Shown here: positions 51,029-59,151 of the stretch, piece by piece
How the letters are laid out: every line of letters begins with the position of its first letter
How positions within the stretch are numbered: position 1 is the stretch's first letter
IMG/VR virus record: IMGVR_UViG_3300031418_000001
Source: a virus
Lineage: Duplodnaviria > Heunggongvirae > Uroviricota > Caudoviricetes
DNA length: 64,000 bases
Reading direction: 5' to 3' (one strand)
Made by a program: the position numbers and the translations under genes
The notes under the pieces: generated by a model
Database searches by the model: none
What the model was told of the DNA's origin: nothing
What the model saw: only the letters and a program-made list of their open reading frames with translations

Positions 51029-51056
51029 TGAAACAGATCCTGTTATGTGCTATACT
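51029..51056 (+). promoter_or_regulatory. Putative promoter TGAAAC-N16-TATACT driving the non-coding region
   Basis: Motif match, back-to-back with minus-strand TAAATA at 51015-51020. Confidence 0.7.
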
Positions 51057-51062
51057 ATATGT

Positions 51063-51550
51063 ATAGAAAACAATCCTGACTGGCAGTTTAACGACTGACA
51101 AATAGAACCTGATCCTATCGAAAACGTAGATGGCAGATGAGTTGTCCAGACAGAACGATGTGCAAAAGAAACCCGTGTTAATCCCGAACCGCTATACAAA
51201 ACAGGTTGGACATACGGCAATGTGGCACAATAAAGAACCGGATAATATCCCGTAGGTTCCTCGATAGACATATAAGGCCAAACCTTACCAAATGATATAA
51301 GGGAGTCTATTACTCAATAGATGAATTTGGCGACACTTTTTACAATATAATTGTGTCCAGAATTCATGAGTACTTAGACGCTTATAAGAGTTATTCATAC
51401 AGCTTTTATAAGTAGAGTAGTGATTAGCTACGACCGTTGCAAAAGAATGGCGATAGGAAGAAACAGGGCAACCCGCTTCCGCTTAGGTACAATATAGTTG
51501 TATCCAAAATTCGCTGTATGAAATGTACGACGCACCAACGTCAGGTTTTT
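51063..51550 (+). ncRNA. Candidate large structured non-coding RNA (~490 nt), family unknown
   Basis: No credible plus-strand ORF, and GC is higher than in other intergenic DNA. It has its own promoter, a 5'/3' closing helix, many nested stems with GNRA loops, and a U-tract at the end. Confidence 0.65.
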
Positions 51551-51553
51551 TCT

Positions 51554-51571
51554 TCCCTCCCTGCGGGGGGA
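51554..51571 (+). terminator. GC-rich hairpin downstream of the candidate ncRNA
   Basis: TCCCTCC-ctgc-GGGGGGA followed by TTTAAAT. Confidence 0.5.
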
Positions 51572-51681
51572 TTTAAATGTACTCAAGAAACCACGTCAAG
51601 TAATGATTGTTAAACTTATAAAGTAATTAAAAATAATCTGAATTGATATGAGTACTGAATGAACGTAGTGAATTCATACGA

Positions 51682-52215
51682 ATGAAATTCATGGCTTGCT
51701 TGAAAAGCAAGACAGCTAACGAGTTGATAGAAATGTTTGATAAAATCTTTAATCATCTAAAAGTTGATCTGAAAGACAGAGAATCTTTTAAAACTAATGA
51801 AATCCCTTTTAGATGTAATATTTTAACTGGTGAAAACATTACTGTTAAAATTTCATACCAAGAAACAGTAATAGATTCTAATGACATTGTTAAGTTGTTA
51901 GGTCATACCTTTCAAGATTTTTCGTTGAATATTACGTTTGATGATAAAAAACATGATAAGCAACACTATCATGATGTTTTATTCTTAGCTGGTGTTCCCT
52001 TTTTTGTTGGTGCTTATAGCAGTGACCATAAAGGAAAAGAATATCAGTTTGAGTACATGATCAATAATCCTACCGTATTCAATTATAATGATAGCCATGA
52101 TATTGATTTTGATGATAAGGCCGTACACTTCAACCTAAATGTGTCTGGTGATACCGAGTTATACCACGAATTCAAATCCATGATAAGTTACCTTACTAAA
52201 CATTTTGGATTATGA
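51682..52215 (+). CDS. Hypothetical protein
   Basis: 177-aa ORF; start uncertain because no clear RBS is present. Confidence 0.65.
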   Translation: MKFMACLKSKTANELIEMFDKIFNHLKVDLKDRESFKTNEIPFRCNILTGENITVKISYQETVIDSNDIVKLLGHTFQDFSLNITFDDKKHDKQHYHDVLFLAGVPFFVGAYSSDHKGKEYQFEYMINNPTVFNYNDSHDIDFDDKAVHFNLNVSGDTELYHEFKSMISYLTKHFGL

Positions 52216-52222
52216 CACATAC

Positions 52223-52250
52223 AAAAAAAGCACCCAATGGGTGCTTTTTT
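52223..52250. terminator. Bidirectional terminator
   Basis: A7-GCACCC-aat-GGGTGC-T6. Confidence 0.88.
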
Positions 52251-52425
52251 ATTGCTTCTTCTCTTTTTGTACCTTTCTGTTCCATGTAGTGATTAACGTA
52301 TCCCTTTTAGTTACGGGCATATTCAGTAGTAACTCATAGGTTACATTTGGAATATTAATCACTATCTCCCATAACCCTCTATCAATTTCATCCTGATTAA
52401 GCGTTAAATCAGCCAAGTACTTCAT
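52249..52425 (-). CDS. Small gp51-like baseplate/tail assembly chaperone (58 aa; absent from the ORF track)
   Basis: MKYLADLTLNQDEIDRGLWEIVINIPNVTYELLLNMPVTKRDTLITTWNRKVQKEKKQ. It overlaps the upstream stop (TAATG), and LLNMP..RD resembles the gp51-family ENM.PWERD. Confidence 0.7.
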   Translation of the reverse strand: MKYLADLTLNQDEIDRGLWEIVINIPNVTYELLLNMPVTKRDTLITTWNRKVQKEKKQ

Positions 52426-53291
52426 TACTTCTTCGTAGTCTTCCGAGAGAAGCCTTGCACGAAAAAACTGCTTGGATCGAACTGTAGGTTTTCAAGAGTC
52501 CATTCATGATCACACTCTGAACATTGAACATCCATATTATGTTCAACACCGGACATATTCATTACATATGCTGCTTCTGTGATTTCATCAATTGTATGTT
52601 TATCCAGATTTTCAGCCCATTCTCTGATATGCTTTCTATCTTCTACAATTACATCATCTGGTAATTCAATACGTGATACAAATTCAGTTAACATATCGAA
52701 TTGTAATTTAGCCATGTTGTCAAAAATAGTACTGATAAGTTTTACTTTTTCTTCATCTGTATCAATTTTATCTGCATGTTGCATCATTTTGTTCTGCTGG
52801 AATGCAGCAATACTAAACTCAGTATGTTGTTTCCAAGTATGAGGTTTTAGGAAGATAACAAGTCCATTCTCAAGAATCACTTTTGGTTCTTCTTTGATTA
52901 AATTAGCTGTTTCAAACAGAAAGTTTACATCCCTTTCAAACATACCGTACTTTTCACACTTAGGACATTTAGTTTCAATTTCATAAGATACTTCTTTCGT
53001 TGCTAACTTAATACCAAGTAATAGAAGCTCAACATCTGGAAGATATAGTTCATCTGCATTCAGTATATCTGGTACACAGTTTTCAATTACATTCTTTACT
53101 GCTTTTCCGTTCATTAATGCATCAGGGTTATTGAATAGTAATTCATCACGAGCGGAACGAGCACAAATACCTAATTCATCATCTGGATTCTTTAGTACTC
53201 CAGACTTATAAGGAATTTTATTATTTGTTACTAATCTGGTGAATTTAATTGGGTTCTTTGTATATTGTGACAAAGGGTTCATGTTACTCAT
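52425..53291 (-). CDS. Baseplate hub assembly protein / tail assembly chaperone (gp26-like)
   Basis: SARDELLFNNPDALMNG...LPDVELLLLGIKLAT...CPKC...CSEC...SSFF pattern. Confidence 0.75.
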   Translation of the reverse strand: MSNMNPLSQYTKNPIKFTRLVTNNKIPYKSGVLKNPDDELGICARSARDELLFNNPDALMNGKAVKNVIENCVPDILNADELYLPDVELLLLGIKLATKEVSYEIETKCPKCEKYGMFERDVNFLFETANLIKEEPKVILENGLVIFLKPHTWKQHTEFSIAAFQQNKMMQHADKIDTDEEKVKLISTIFDNMAKLQFDMLTEFVSRIELPDDVIVEDRKHIREWAENLDKHTIDEITEAAYVMNMSGVEHNMDVQCSECDHEWTLENLQFDPSSFFVQGFSRKTTKK

Positions 53292-53328
53292 ATAGCTACT
53301 CCGTGAATAAATAAATCTATAATAACTT

Positions 53329-53336
53329 TATTTATA
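53329..53336 (-). promoter_or_regulatory. T4-type late promoter TATAAATA
   Basis: Exact consensus on the minus strand upstream of the gp26-like gene. A divergent plus-strand TAAATA lies at 53308. Confidence 0.75.
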
Positions 53337-53353
53337 AGATGGAGAATTGTTTT

Positions 53354-55507
53354 ATGCAAACGGATGTACTCTTAGATCTCCTTCTTCAAGAGGCGAAGAA
53401 ACAAAATGATACTTTAGGTATCATGAAACAAGCAATGATTAAAATAGCTAAGCAAGGTCAACATGGCGGTGCTGGTGGTGGTAGTGGCGGCGGTAGTCCT
53501 CCACCTAACCCTAATCCAAACCCACCAGCAGGCGGTAATCCGTTTAAAACAGTACTTGATTCGTTAGGTAAGGGTTTATTGACTTCACTTAGTCCATTAA
53601 CAGGAAACAGTGTTACTGCAAGTACCGCTGTTAAGGCTTTTGGTTCAGGTGTAAGTAATGTACTTGGCCCATTAAAAGCTATTCCTGGCCCTATTGGTGC
53701 TGCTGCCACCGCATTTGATATGATCGTTAAAGCTGGTACTGCTTTATATGAATACCTTGATAGTCAACTTAAAATGTATCAGGATTTAAACAGTGCTGGT
53801 GTTCAATTATCAGAAGGTATTTTTGGATTCAGAAAATCAGCAGGGTCTGCACTGTTAAGTATGGATCAATTATCTAAAGTAGTTACTTCTAACAGTGATA
53901 CTTTTGCAGCGATGAATGAGCAATATGGCGATGGTATTAAGCATTTTGGAGAATTAGTAAACACAATCACTATGGCACAACGTCAGGTTGGAATATATGG
54001 ATTGTCACAACAACAAATAGCAGATATTACAGCTAAAAACTATAAGCTGCAAAAATTATATGCAACTGAAGCTCGATTCAGGGATATGAATGAAGCAAAC
54101 ACATCTAATAACTATATTAGTAGTTTAGTACAGATGAGTAAAGTACTTGGAGTCAGTATTGACCAGATTATGAAAAAGAATGAAGAATTTGCTAAGAGTT
54201 CTCGTGCTTTTAACATTACAACGTACTTGAAAAATATGCTTCCAAAAGACACAGCAGAAAATGTAACTAAAACTTTTGGTGAACTTACTTCATCATTAGG
54301 TGATGGTGGTAAGGTAATTCAGGATGTAATGAGTGAATTTGCAGTAACAGGTAAATTACCTCAAGATATTGGTCAATATGGACAGGCACTATTACCGTAC
54401 TTTGATAAACTCAAAGGTATGATGGAAAGTGGTGTTACTGACCCACGTGAATATCAAAAAGTACTAAAGAAAATTACTACTGATACTTCTACGATGAATC
54501 AAATTGCCAATGACTTATATTCAGCACAGGCAACAGGTAATGCTGCTGGTGAACAGTTCGTTTCTGCAATTATGAATATGTCAAAATTCATGAATGATCA
54601 AGCACAGCAGGTTCCTACCGCATTTGAAACATTACAAACCAGATTAGAAAACTGGATTGGTGATTCTATTATCGCACCATTCAACAAATTCTTTGGTGAT
54701 ACTGCTAATGGAATATCACAATTCCTGTTAGAAAAATATAGTGAAACAGGAAGTATTTGGGATACTGCAATTGACGCATTTGGTACTGGTATGAGTAAAA
54801 TAATGGGCTTCTTCTGGTCATTACCTGCAAGATTGCTTGCTTACATAACTGGTCAGGAATATGACAGTTCAGTACAAGATAGTATAACTGAATTATTAGG
54901 AAATGTATTCAAATCATTCAGTATGATCGGTAAAACTGTATGGGATTTCTTCTTTGGTTCTAAAGATGACGTTAAAAAAGATATGGAAATTGTTAATAAG
55001 GCTATTTTTGGTGTTATTAATCAAGTTAAGACTTTATTCCAAAAAATTAAAGATTTTCTGTCTAATTTTTCTATTGATGGAATAAAAGATAAACTTAAAA
55101 GTGGTGCAGATAGTTTAGGTAAGAATTTAAGTGAAAAATGGGACGAAGTTAAGAAAGGATTCGGAAGTATTGGTAATACAGACCAACCGACTGTAAAACC
55201 AAGTGACCAAACCAAATCACAAGACCCAACTCAAAGCCCAACATCACCTGTACAGAAAGTGAAACCACCTCAAGTTAAGTCAAAAACTGAAGTAACCAAA
55301 TCACCACCTATACAAAAACCTGATGAAGATAAACCTAATCAGGATGGTACTAATATGCCTAATCAGCCTACACAGGCAGAAATAGACATTATGAATATAC
55401 TAAATAAACTAAACAGTGGAACTGCTGATACGGTTGCAGCACTGAATAACGCAGTTAAGTACTTAGCGAGTATTAGTACTAACACTGAGCCAGTGCGTAA
55501 CGCATAA
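53354..55507 (+). CDS. Tape-measure-like protein
   Basis: Long helical Ala/Gly/Ser-rich protein with W/F-spaced repeats and a Pro-rich tail; divergent from the chaperone pair. Confidence 0.65.
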   Translation: MQTDVLLDLLLQEAKKQNDTLGIMKQAMIKIAKQGQHGGAGGGSGGGSPPPNPNPNPPAGGNPFKTVLDSLGKGLLTSLSPLTGNSVTASTAVKAFGSGVSNVLGPLKAIPGPIGAAATAFDMIVKAGTALYEYLDSQLKMYQDLNSAGVQLSEGIFGFRKSAGSALLSMDQLSKVVTSNSDTFAAMNEQYGDGIKHFGELVNTITMAQRQVGIYGLSQQQIADITAKNYKLQKLYATEARFRDMNEANTSNNYISSLVQMSKVLGVSIDQIMKKNEEFAKSSRAFNITTYLKNMLPKDTAENVTKTFGELTSSLGDGGKVIQDVMSEFAVTGKLPQDIGQYGQALLPYFDKLKGMMESGVTDPREYQKVLKKITTDTSTMNQIANDLYSAQATGNAAGEQFVSAIMNMSKFMNDQAQQVPTAFETLQTRLENWIGDSIIAPFNKFFGDTANGISQFLLEKYSETGSIWDTAIDAFGTGMSKIMGFFWSLPARLLAYITGQEYDSSVQDSITELLGNVFKSFSMIGKTVWDFFFGSKDDVKKDMEIVNKAIFGVINQVKTLFQKIKDFLSNFSIDGIKDKLKSGADSLGKNLSEKWDEVKKGFGSIGNTDQPTVKPSDQTKSQDPTQSPTSPVQKVKPPQVKSKTEVTKSPPIQKPDEDKPNQDGTNMPNQPTQAEIDIMNILNKLNSGTADTVAALNNAVKYLASISTNTEPVRNA

Positions 55508-55521
55508 CAGGGAGAGTTTAA

Positions 55522-57264
55522 ATGAGTAGTTGGAAACGTCACATGACGATGGATCGTTCAAAGATAACGATTCAAAAACAAAAAGAAGGTAATAATATTA
55601 ACGGTACTGGTTCAAGTAAGAATTATTCATCTTACTTGCCTGCTGTTTATACTGGATTATCAAACAGAACAGACCGTTATCGTCAATATGACCAGATGGA
55701 TCAAGATCCTGAAATCAGTACTGCACTTGATATTCTTACCGATTTTTGTACACAGAATACCGAAGATTATAGTATTCCCTTTGAGATTAAATACAAAGAT
55801 GAAATGGGTGATTCTGAAGTACTGACACTTGAATCAGCCCTTGAAGCATGGTGTACACTAAACAGTATTAAAACGAGAATTTATGATATTTTCCGTTCAT
55901 ATTTAAAATACGGTGATCAATTTTTTGTTCGTGATCCAGAAACATATGAACTACTTTGGGTGAACCCAACGAACGTAGAAAAAATCACAGTTAATGAAAG
56001 AACTGGTAAAGTTCCAGTAATCTATTTTATGCGTGATGTTTCTCTAAACGTTCGTGATAAAGTATTGAGTAACACAGTTGTAGGTATGGATCGTGGATTA
56101 TATGCAGGTCAAATGCCTAACAGTGCTTCTGGTGGTGGTATGCAATATGGTGGCGGTGGTGGTTCTTCACCAACAAACAGTACATCAAATCCTTACAGTA
56201 CTTCTGGTCAGAATGATGTAATTCCTGTTGCTGCTGAACACGTGGTTCATATTTCATTAAATCCAGGTACAGATGATTTCTGGCCTTTCGGCACAAGTAT
56301 TCTTGAAGCGGTGTTTAAAGTATATAAACAAAAAGAACTACTTGAAGATAGTATTATTATCTATCGTGTTCAACGTGCACCTGAGCGTCGTGTATTTAAA
56401 ATTGACGTTGGTGATATGCCAGCACACCAAGCACTTTCTTATGTAGAAAGAATGAAAAATGAAATTCACCAAAGACGTATTCCATCTAATAAAGGTGGTA
56501 GTACTTCATTAATGGATGCAGCATATAACCCACTAAGTATGTTAGAAGATTATTTCTTCCCACAAACTGCTGATGGTCGTGGTTCGTCAGTTGAAACATT
56601 GCCTGGTGGTGAGAACTTAGGACAGATTGATGACTTACGTTGGTTCAATAATAAACTTATTCGTGGTCTGAAAATTCCAAGTTCATATTTACCATTTGGG
56701 CCTGAAGATGGCGGTACTCTGTTCAGTGATGGCGGTGTTGGTAAATCACTAATTCAGGAACATCGTTTTAACAAAGCATGTATGCGTTGGCAGACCTTAT
56801 TTTCTCAGACTGTTGATGAGGAATTTAAACGTTATTTAATTGCAAGTGGATTTAATATTTCGGCTGATTCATTTGAAATTACATTCGTTCCACCAATGAA
56901 CTTTGCAAGTTATCGTAAAGCTGAACTTGACCAAACAATGATTAGTACATATGCGGCACTAAATGAATTCCCATATATTGCTAAACAAACCATCCTTAAA
57001 CGTATGGGCTGGACTCAAGAAGAAATTATTGAGAATGAAAGATTAGTAATGAAAGAAAATCCTAAGAAAGCTCAAGGGAAAAATGCAGGCGGTGATCAAC
57101 AAGCCGGATTGCAATCAGTTGGTATATCTGCACCGAATGATCCAGATATGTCATTAGGTCTGGATAGTGAAGATACGGCAGGATTAACACAAGATGGTAG
57201 TTCTCCTTCTCCGATTCCAGGTGGTTCAGGTCTTGATCCTAATAGTGTAGGAGGTACTTTCTAA
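55522..57264 (+). CDS. gp20: Portal protein
   Basis: YRQYDQMDQDPEISTALD, LLEDSIIIYRVQRAPERRVFKIDVG, LSMLEDYFFP...GRGSSVETLPGGENLGQIDD. Confidence 0.96.
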   Translation: MSSWKRHMTMDRSKITIQKQKEGNNINGTGSSKNYSSYLPAVYTGLSNRTDRYRQYDQMDQDPEISTALDILTDFCTQNTEDYSIPFEIKYKDEMGDSEVLTLESALEAWCTLNSIKTRIYDIFRSYLKYGDQFFVRDPETYELLWVNPTNVEKITVNERTGKVPVIYFMRDVSLNVRDKVLSNTVVGMDRGLYAGQMPNSASGGGMQYGGGGGSSPTNSTSNPYSTSGQNDVIPVAAEHVVHISLNPGTDDFWPFGTSILEAVFKVYKQKELLEDSIIIYRVQRAPERRVFKIDVGDMPAHQALSYVERMKNEIHQRRIPSNKGGSTSLMDAAYNPLSMLEDYFFPQTADGRGSSVETLPGGENLGQIDDLRWFNNKLIRGLKIPSSYLPFGPEDGGTLFSDGGVGKSLIQEHRFNKACMRWQTLFSQTVDEEFKRYLIASGFNISADSFEITFVPPMNFASYRKAELDQTMISTYAALNEFPYIAKQTILKRMGWTQEEIIENERLVMKENPKKAQGKNAGGDQQAGLQSVGISAPNDPDMSLGLDSEDTAGLTQDGSSPSPIPGGSGLDPNSVGGTF

Positions 57265-57497
57265 TGTTGAAGGATATTTTTGAGGCCAAAGCTGACAGTT
57301 TATATGATCCAGAAGATGATACTACTGCATATAAACTTGAAGATACTCGTAAACCGAAGTTAACTCTGAAATTGCTCAATAAATTGAGAATGTACAGGGC
57401 GTTCAAGAATAATGAAGTAAATATGCGTGATGAGGTAATTGCAATTGTCTATGAACCACAACAACCTGATCAATCAGGTGGTGGACTTGGAATGTAA
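57264..57497 (+). CDS. Small conserved head-module protein
   Basis: Coupled to the portal stop; DTRKPKLTLKLLNKLRMYR. Confidence 0.75.
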   Translation: MLKDIFEAKADSLYDPEDDTTAYKLEDTRKPKLTLKLLNKLRMYRAFKNNEVNMRDEVIAIVYEPQQPDQSGGGLGM

Positions 57498-57559
57498 TCT
57501 TCTTCGAATACAGAAAACGTCATTTTTTGGCGTTTTCTAAAATAACCTTATTTGAATTG

Positions 57560-57567
57560 TATAAATA
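57560..57567 (+). promoter_or_regulatory. T4-type late promoter TATAAATA
   Basis: Exact consensus about 40 bp upstream of the prohead core gene. Confidence 0.8.
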
Positions 57568-57605
57568 CATCATATTAAACAATCTTATATCTTATGGAGG
57601 ATATA

Positions 57606-58439
57606 ATGTCTAACAAGAAAATGCAAAAGGCTCTACTTGCTTTCATTAATGAAGATGTAGATCAAGCTAAAAAACTATTACGTCAAGTGTTTATCGAATC
57701 TGCTCAAAAAGTTAATAAAGAGTTAGAAGAAGCATTTGATGCTGAAGAAATTCAGGAAGATGTTGATCAAGATCCAGAGGCTGACCTTGAAGGTGAAGTT
57801 GAGTATAAACTTGACGAAGGTTGGGGCGAATGGGATGACCAAGAACAACCAGTAGAAGAAGATGCATCACCAGTTCCAGAACAAGAACCTGTTGATGATT
57901 TCCCTGCTGACGAACAAGATTCACCAATGGGCGATATGGAAGATGATGCCGCTGCTGAAGAAGAAGTAGGCGACGATGTATTCAAAGAAATCCATACCAT
58001 GATTGATGAACTATCTGAAATTTTTGACTCACTACAAGCTGGCGGCGACGATTCAGAAGTAGAAGTTGAAGATGAATCAGAAGATGGTTTTGGTGAACCT
58101 GCTGATGAGTTTTCTGATGTTCCAATGGGCGACGAAAAAATGGGCGAATCTTACAAGATGAAACCAGTTTCTGCTCCTGAGAAATCTGAAAAAGCTGGTG
58201 GTAATAAAAAATCTCCAGTAGCTCCAGTAGCTAAATCACCAGTTGAAGGTGCTAAACCAGTTCAAACTAAAAATGGTCATGTAGAAACTTCTGACAGTGC
58301 TTTCAAAAACTCTGATACCGAAAGTGTCAAAGTAGAAGACAATAACAACGTTATGGATTCTGCTAAGGGTATGATGAAAGACGTACAGGTTCCTAAGCAT
58401 ACTGCTGAAAAATCTCGTTCACCACTACCTAAGAAATAA
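57606..58439 (+). CDS. Highly acidic prohead core / internal scaffold protein
   Basis: Strongly D/E-rich, located between portal and protease. RBS GGAGG precedes ATG57606. Confidence 0.65.
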   Translation: MSNKKMQKALLAFINEDVDQAKKLLRQVFIESAQKVNKELEEAFDAEEIQEDVDQDPEADLEGEVEYKLDEGWGEWDDQEQPVEEDASPVPEQEPVDDFPADEQDSPMGDMEDDAAAEEEVGDDVFKEIHTMIDELSEIFDSLQAGGDDSEVEVEDESEDGFGEPADEFSDVPMGDEKMGESYKMKPVSAPEKSEKAGGNKKSPVAPVAKSPVEGAKPVQTKNGHVETSDSAFKNSDTESVKVEDNNNVMDSAKGMMKDVQVPKHTAEKSRSPLPKK

Positions 58440-58458
58440 TTAATAGAGGGCCATTGTT

Positions 58459-59085
58459 ATGAGTTCAATGATTAGAGAATGGTCTTCATTTAAAGATTCT
58501 TCTATGGTAGTTGAGTACAAAGATAACTCAATTACAGGTGCAAAAGATTGCTATCTAAAAGGTATCATGATTCAAGCTGACACTCGCAATTTGAATGAAC
58601 GTGTTTATCCACTTCATGAAATTCAAAATGCAGTACAACGGATGAAACAAAAGTTAATTGAAGGTAAAAGTATTCTTTGTGAATGCGATCACCCTGAAAC
58701 ACTAACTATTAACATCGACCGTGTAGCTGGAATGATTACTGATGTATGGATGGAAGGAAACAATGGTTATGGCGTAATTAAATTATTCCCTAATCAGATG
58801 GGTTCAAATATACGTATTATGTTAGAAAGCGGGGCTAAACTTGGTGTTAGTTCCCGTGGTTCTGGTAACGTAGACCATAGAGGTGTTGTTTCCGACTTTG
58901 AAATTGTCACTGTTGATATTGTAGCAGAACCAAGTGCACCAGATGCTTATCCTGAAGTAGTATTCGAATCTTTATATAAACCTACTGGTCATATTATGCG
59001 TGAAGGTAAAGCACCTTCTAATTCACCTAAATCTGTGGAAAATGAAATTTATGCTTTTTTCAAAGATTTGAAAGGTAATAATTAA
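58459..59085 (+). CDS. gp21: Prohead core protease
   Basis: LKGIMIQAD.RNLNERVYP, CECDHP, GVSSRGSG, DIVAEPSAPDAYP. Confidence 0.95.
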   Translation: MSSMIREWSSFKDSSMVVEYKDNSITGAKDCYLKGIMIQADTRNLNERVYPLHEIQNAVQRMKQKLIEGKSILCECDHPETLTINIDRVAGMITDVWMEGNNGYGVIKLFPNQMGSNIRIMLESGAKLGVSSRGSGNVDHRGVVSDFEIVTVDIVAEPSAPDAYPEVVFESLYKPTGHIMREGKAPSNSPKSVENEIYAFFKDLKGNN

Positions 59086-59151
59086 ATTATAATAAATATT
59101 TGTACAAATGCGTACTGTACAATTTCCAGTACTATATAGGAGAGATAACGA

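Noticed and set aside
51050-51271. 73-aa minus-strand ORF over the candidate ncRNA
   Set aside because: No RBS, atypical composition, and it is antisense to a clear plus-strand promoter. It is probably spurious.
51063-51550. Assignment as tmRNA, RNase P, tRNA cluster or group I/II intron
   Set aside because: I found no tRNA-like acceptor or T-arm ends, no GAGGAAAGUCC-type P4, no group I P7 motifs, and no full-length group II domain V. A short CGCTGTATGAAATGTACG only loosely resembles domain V.
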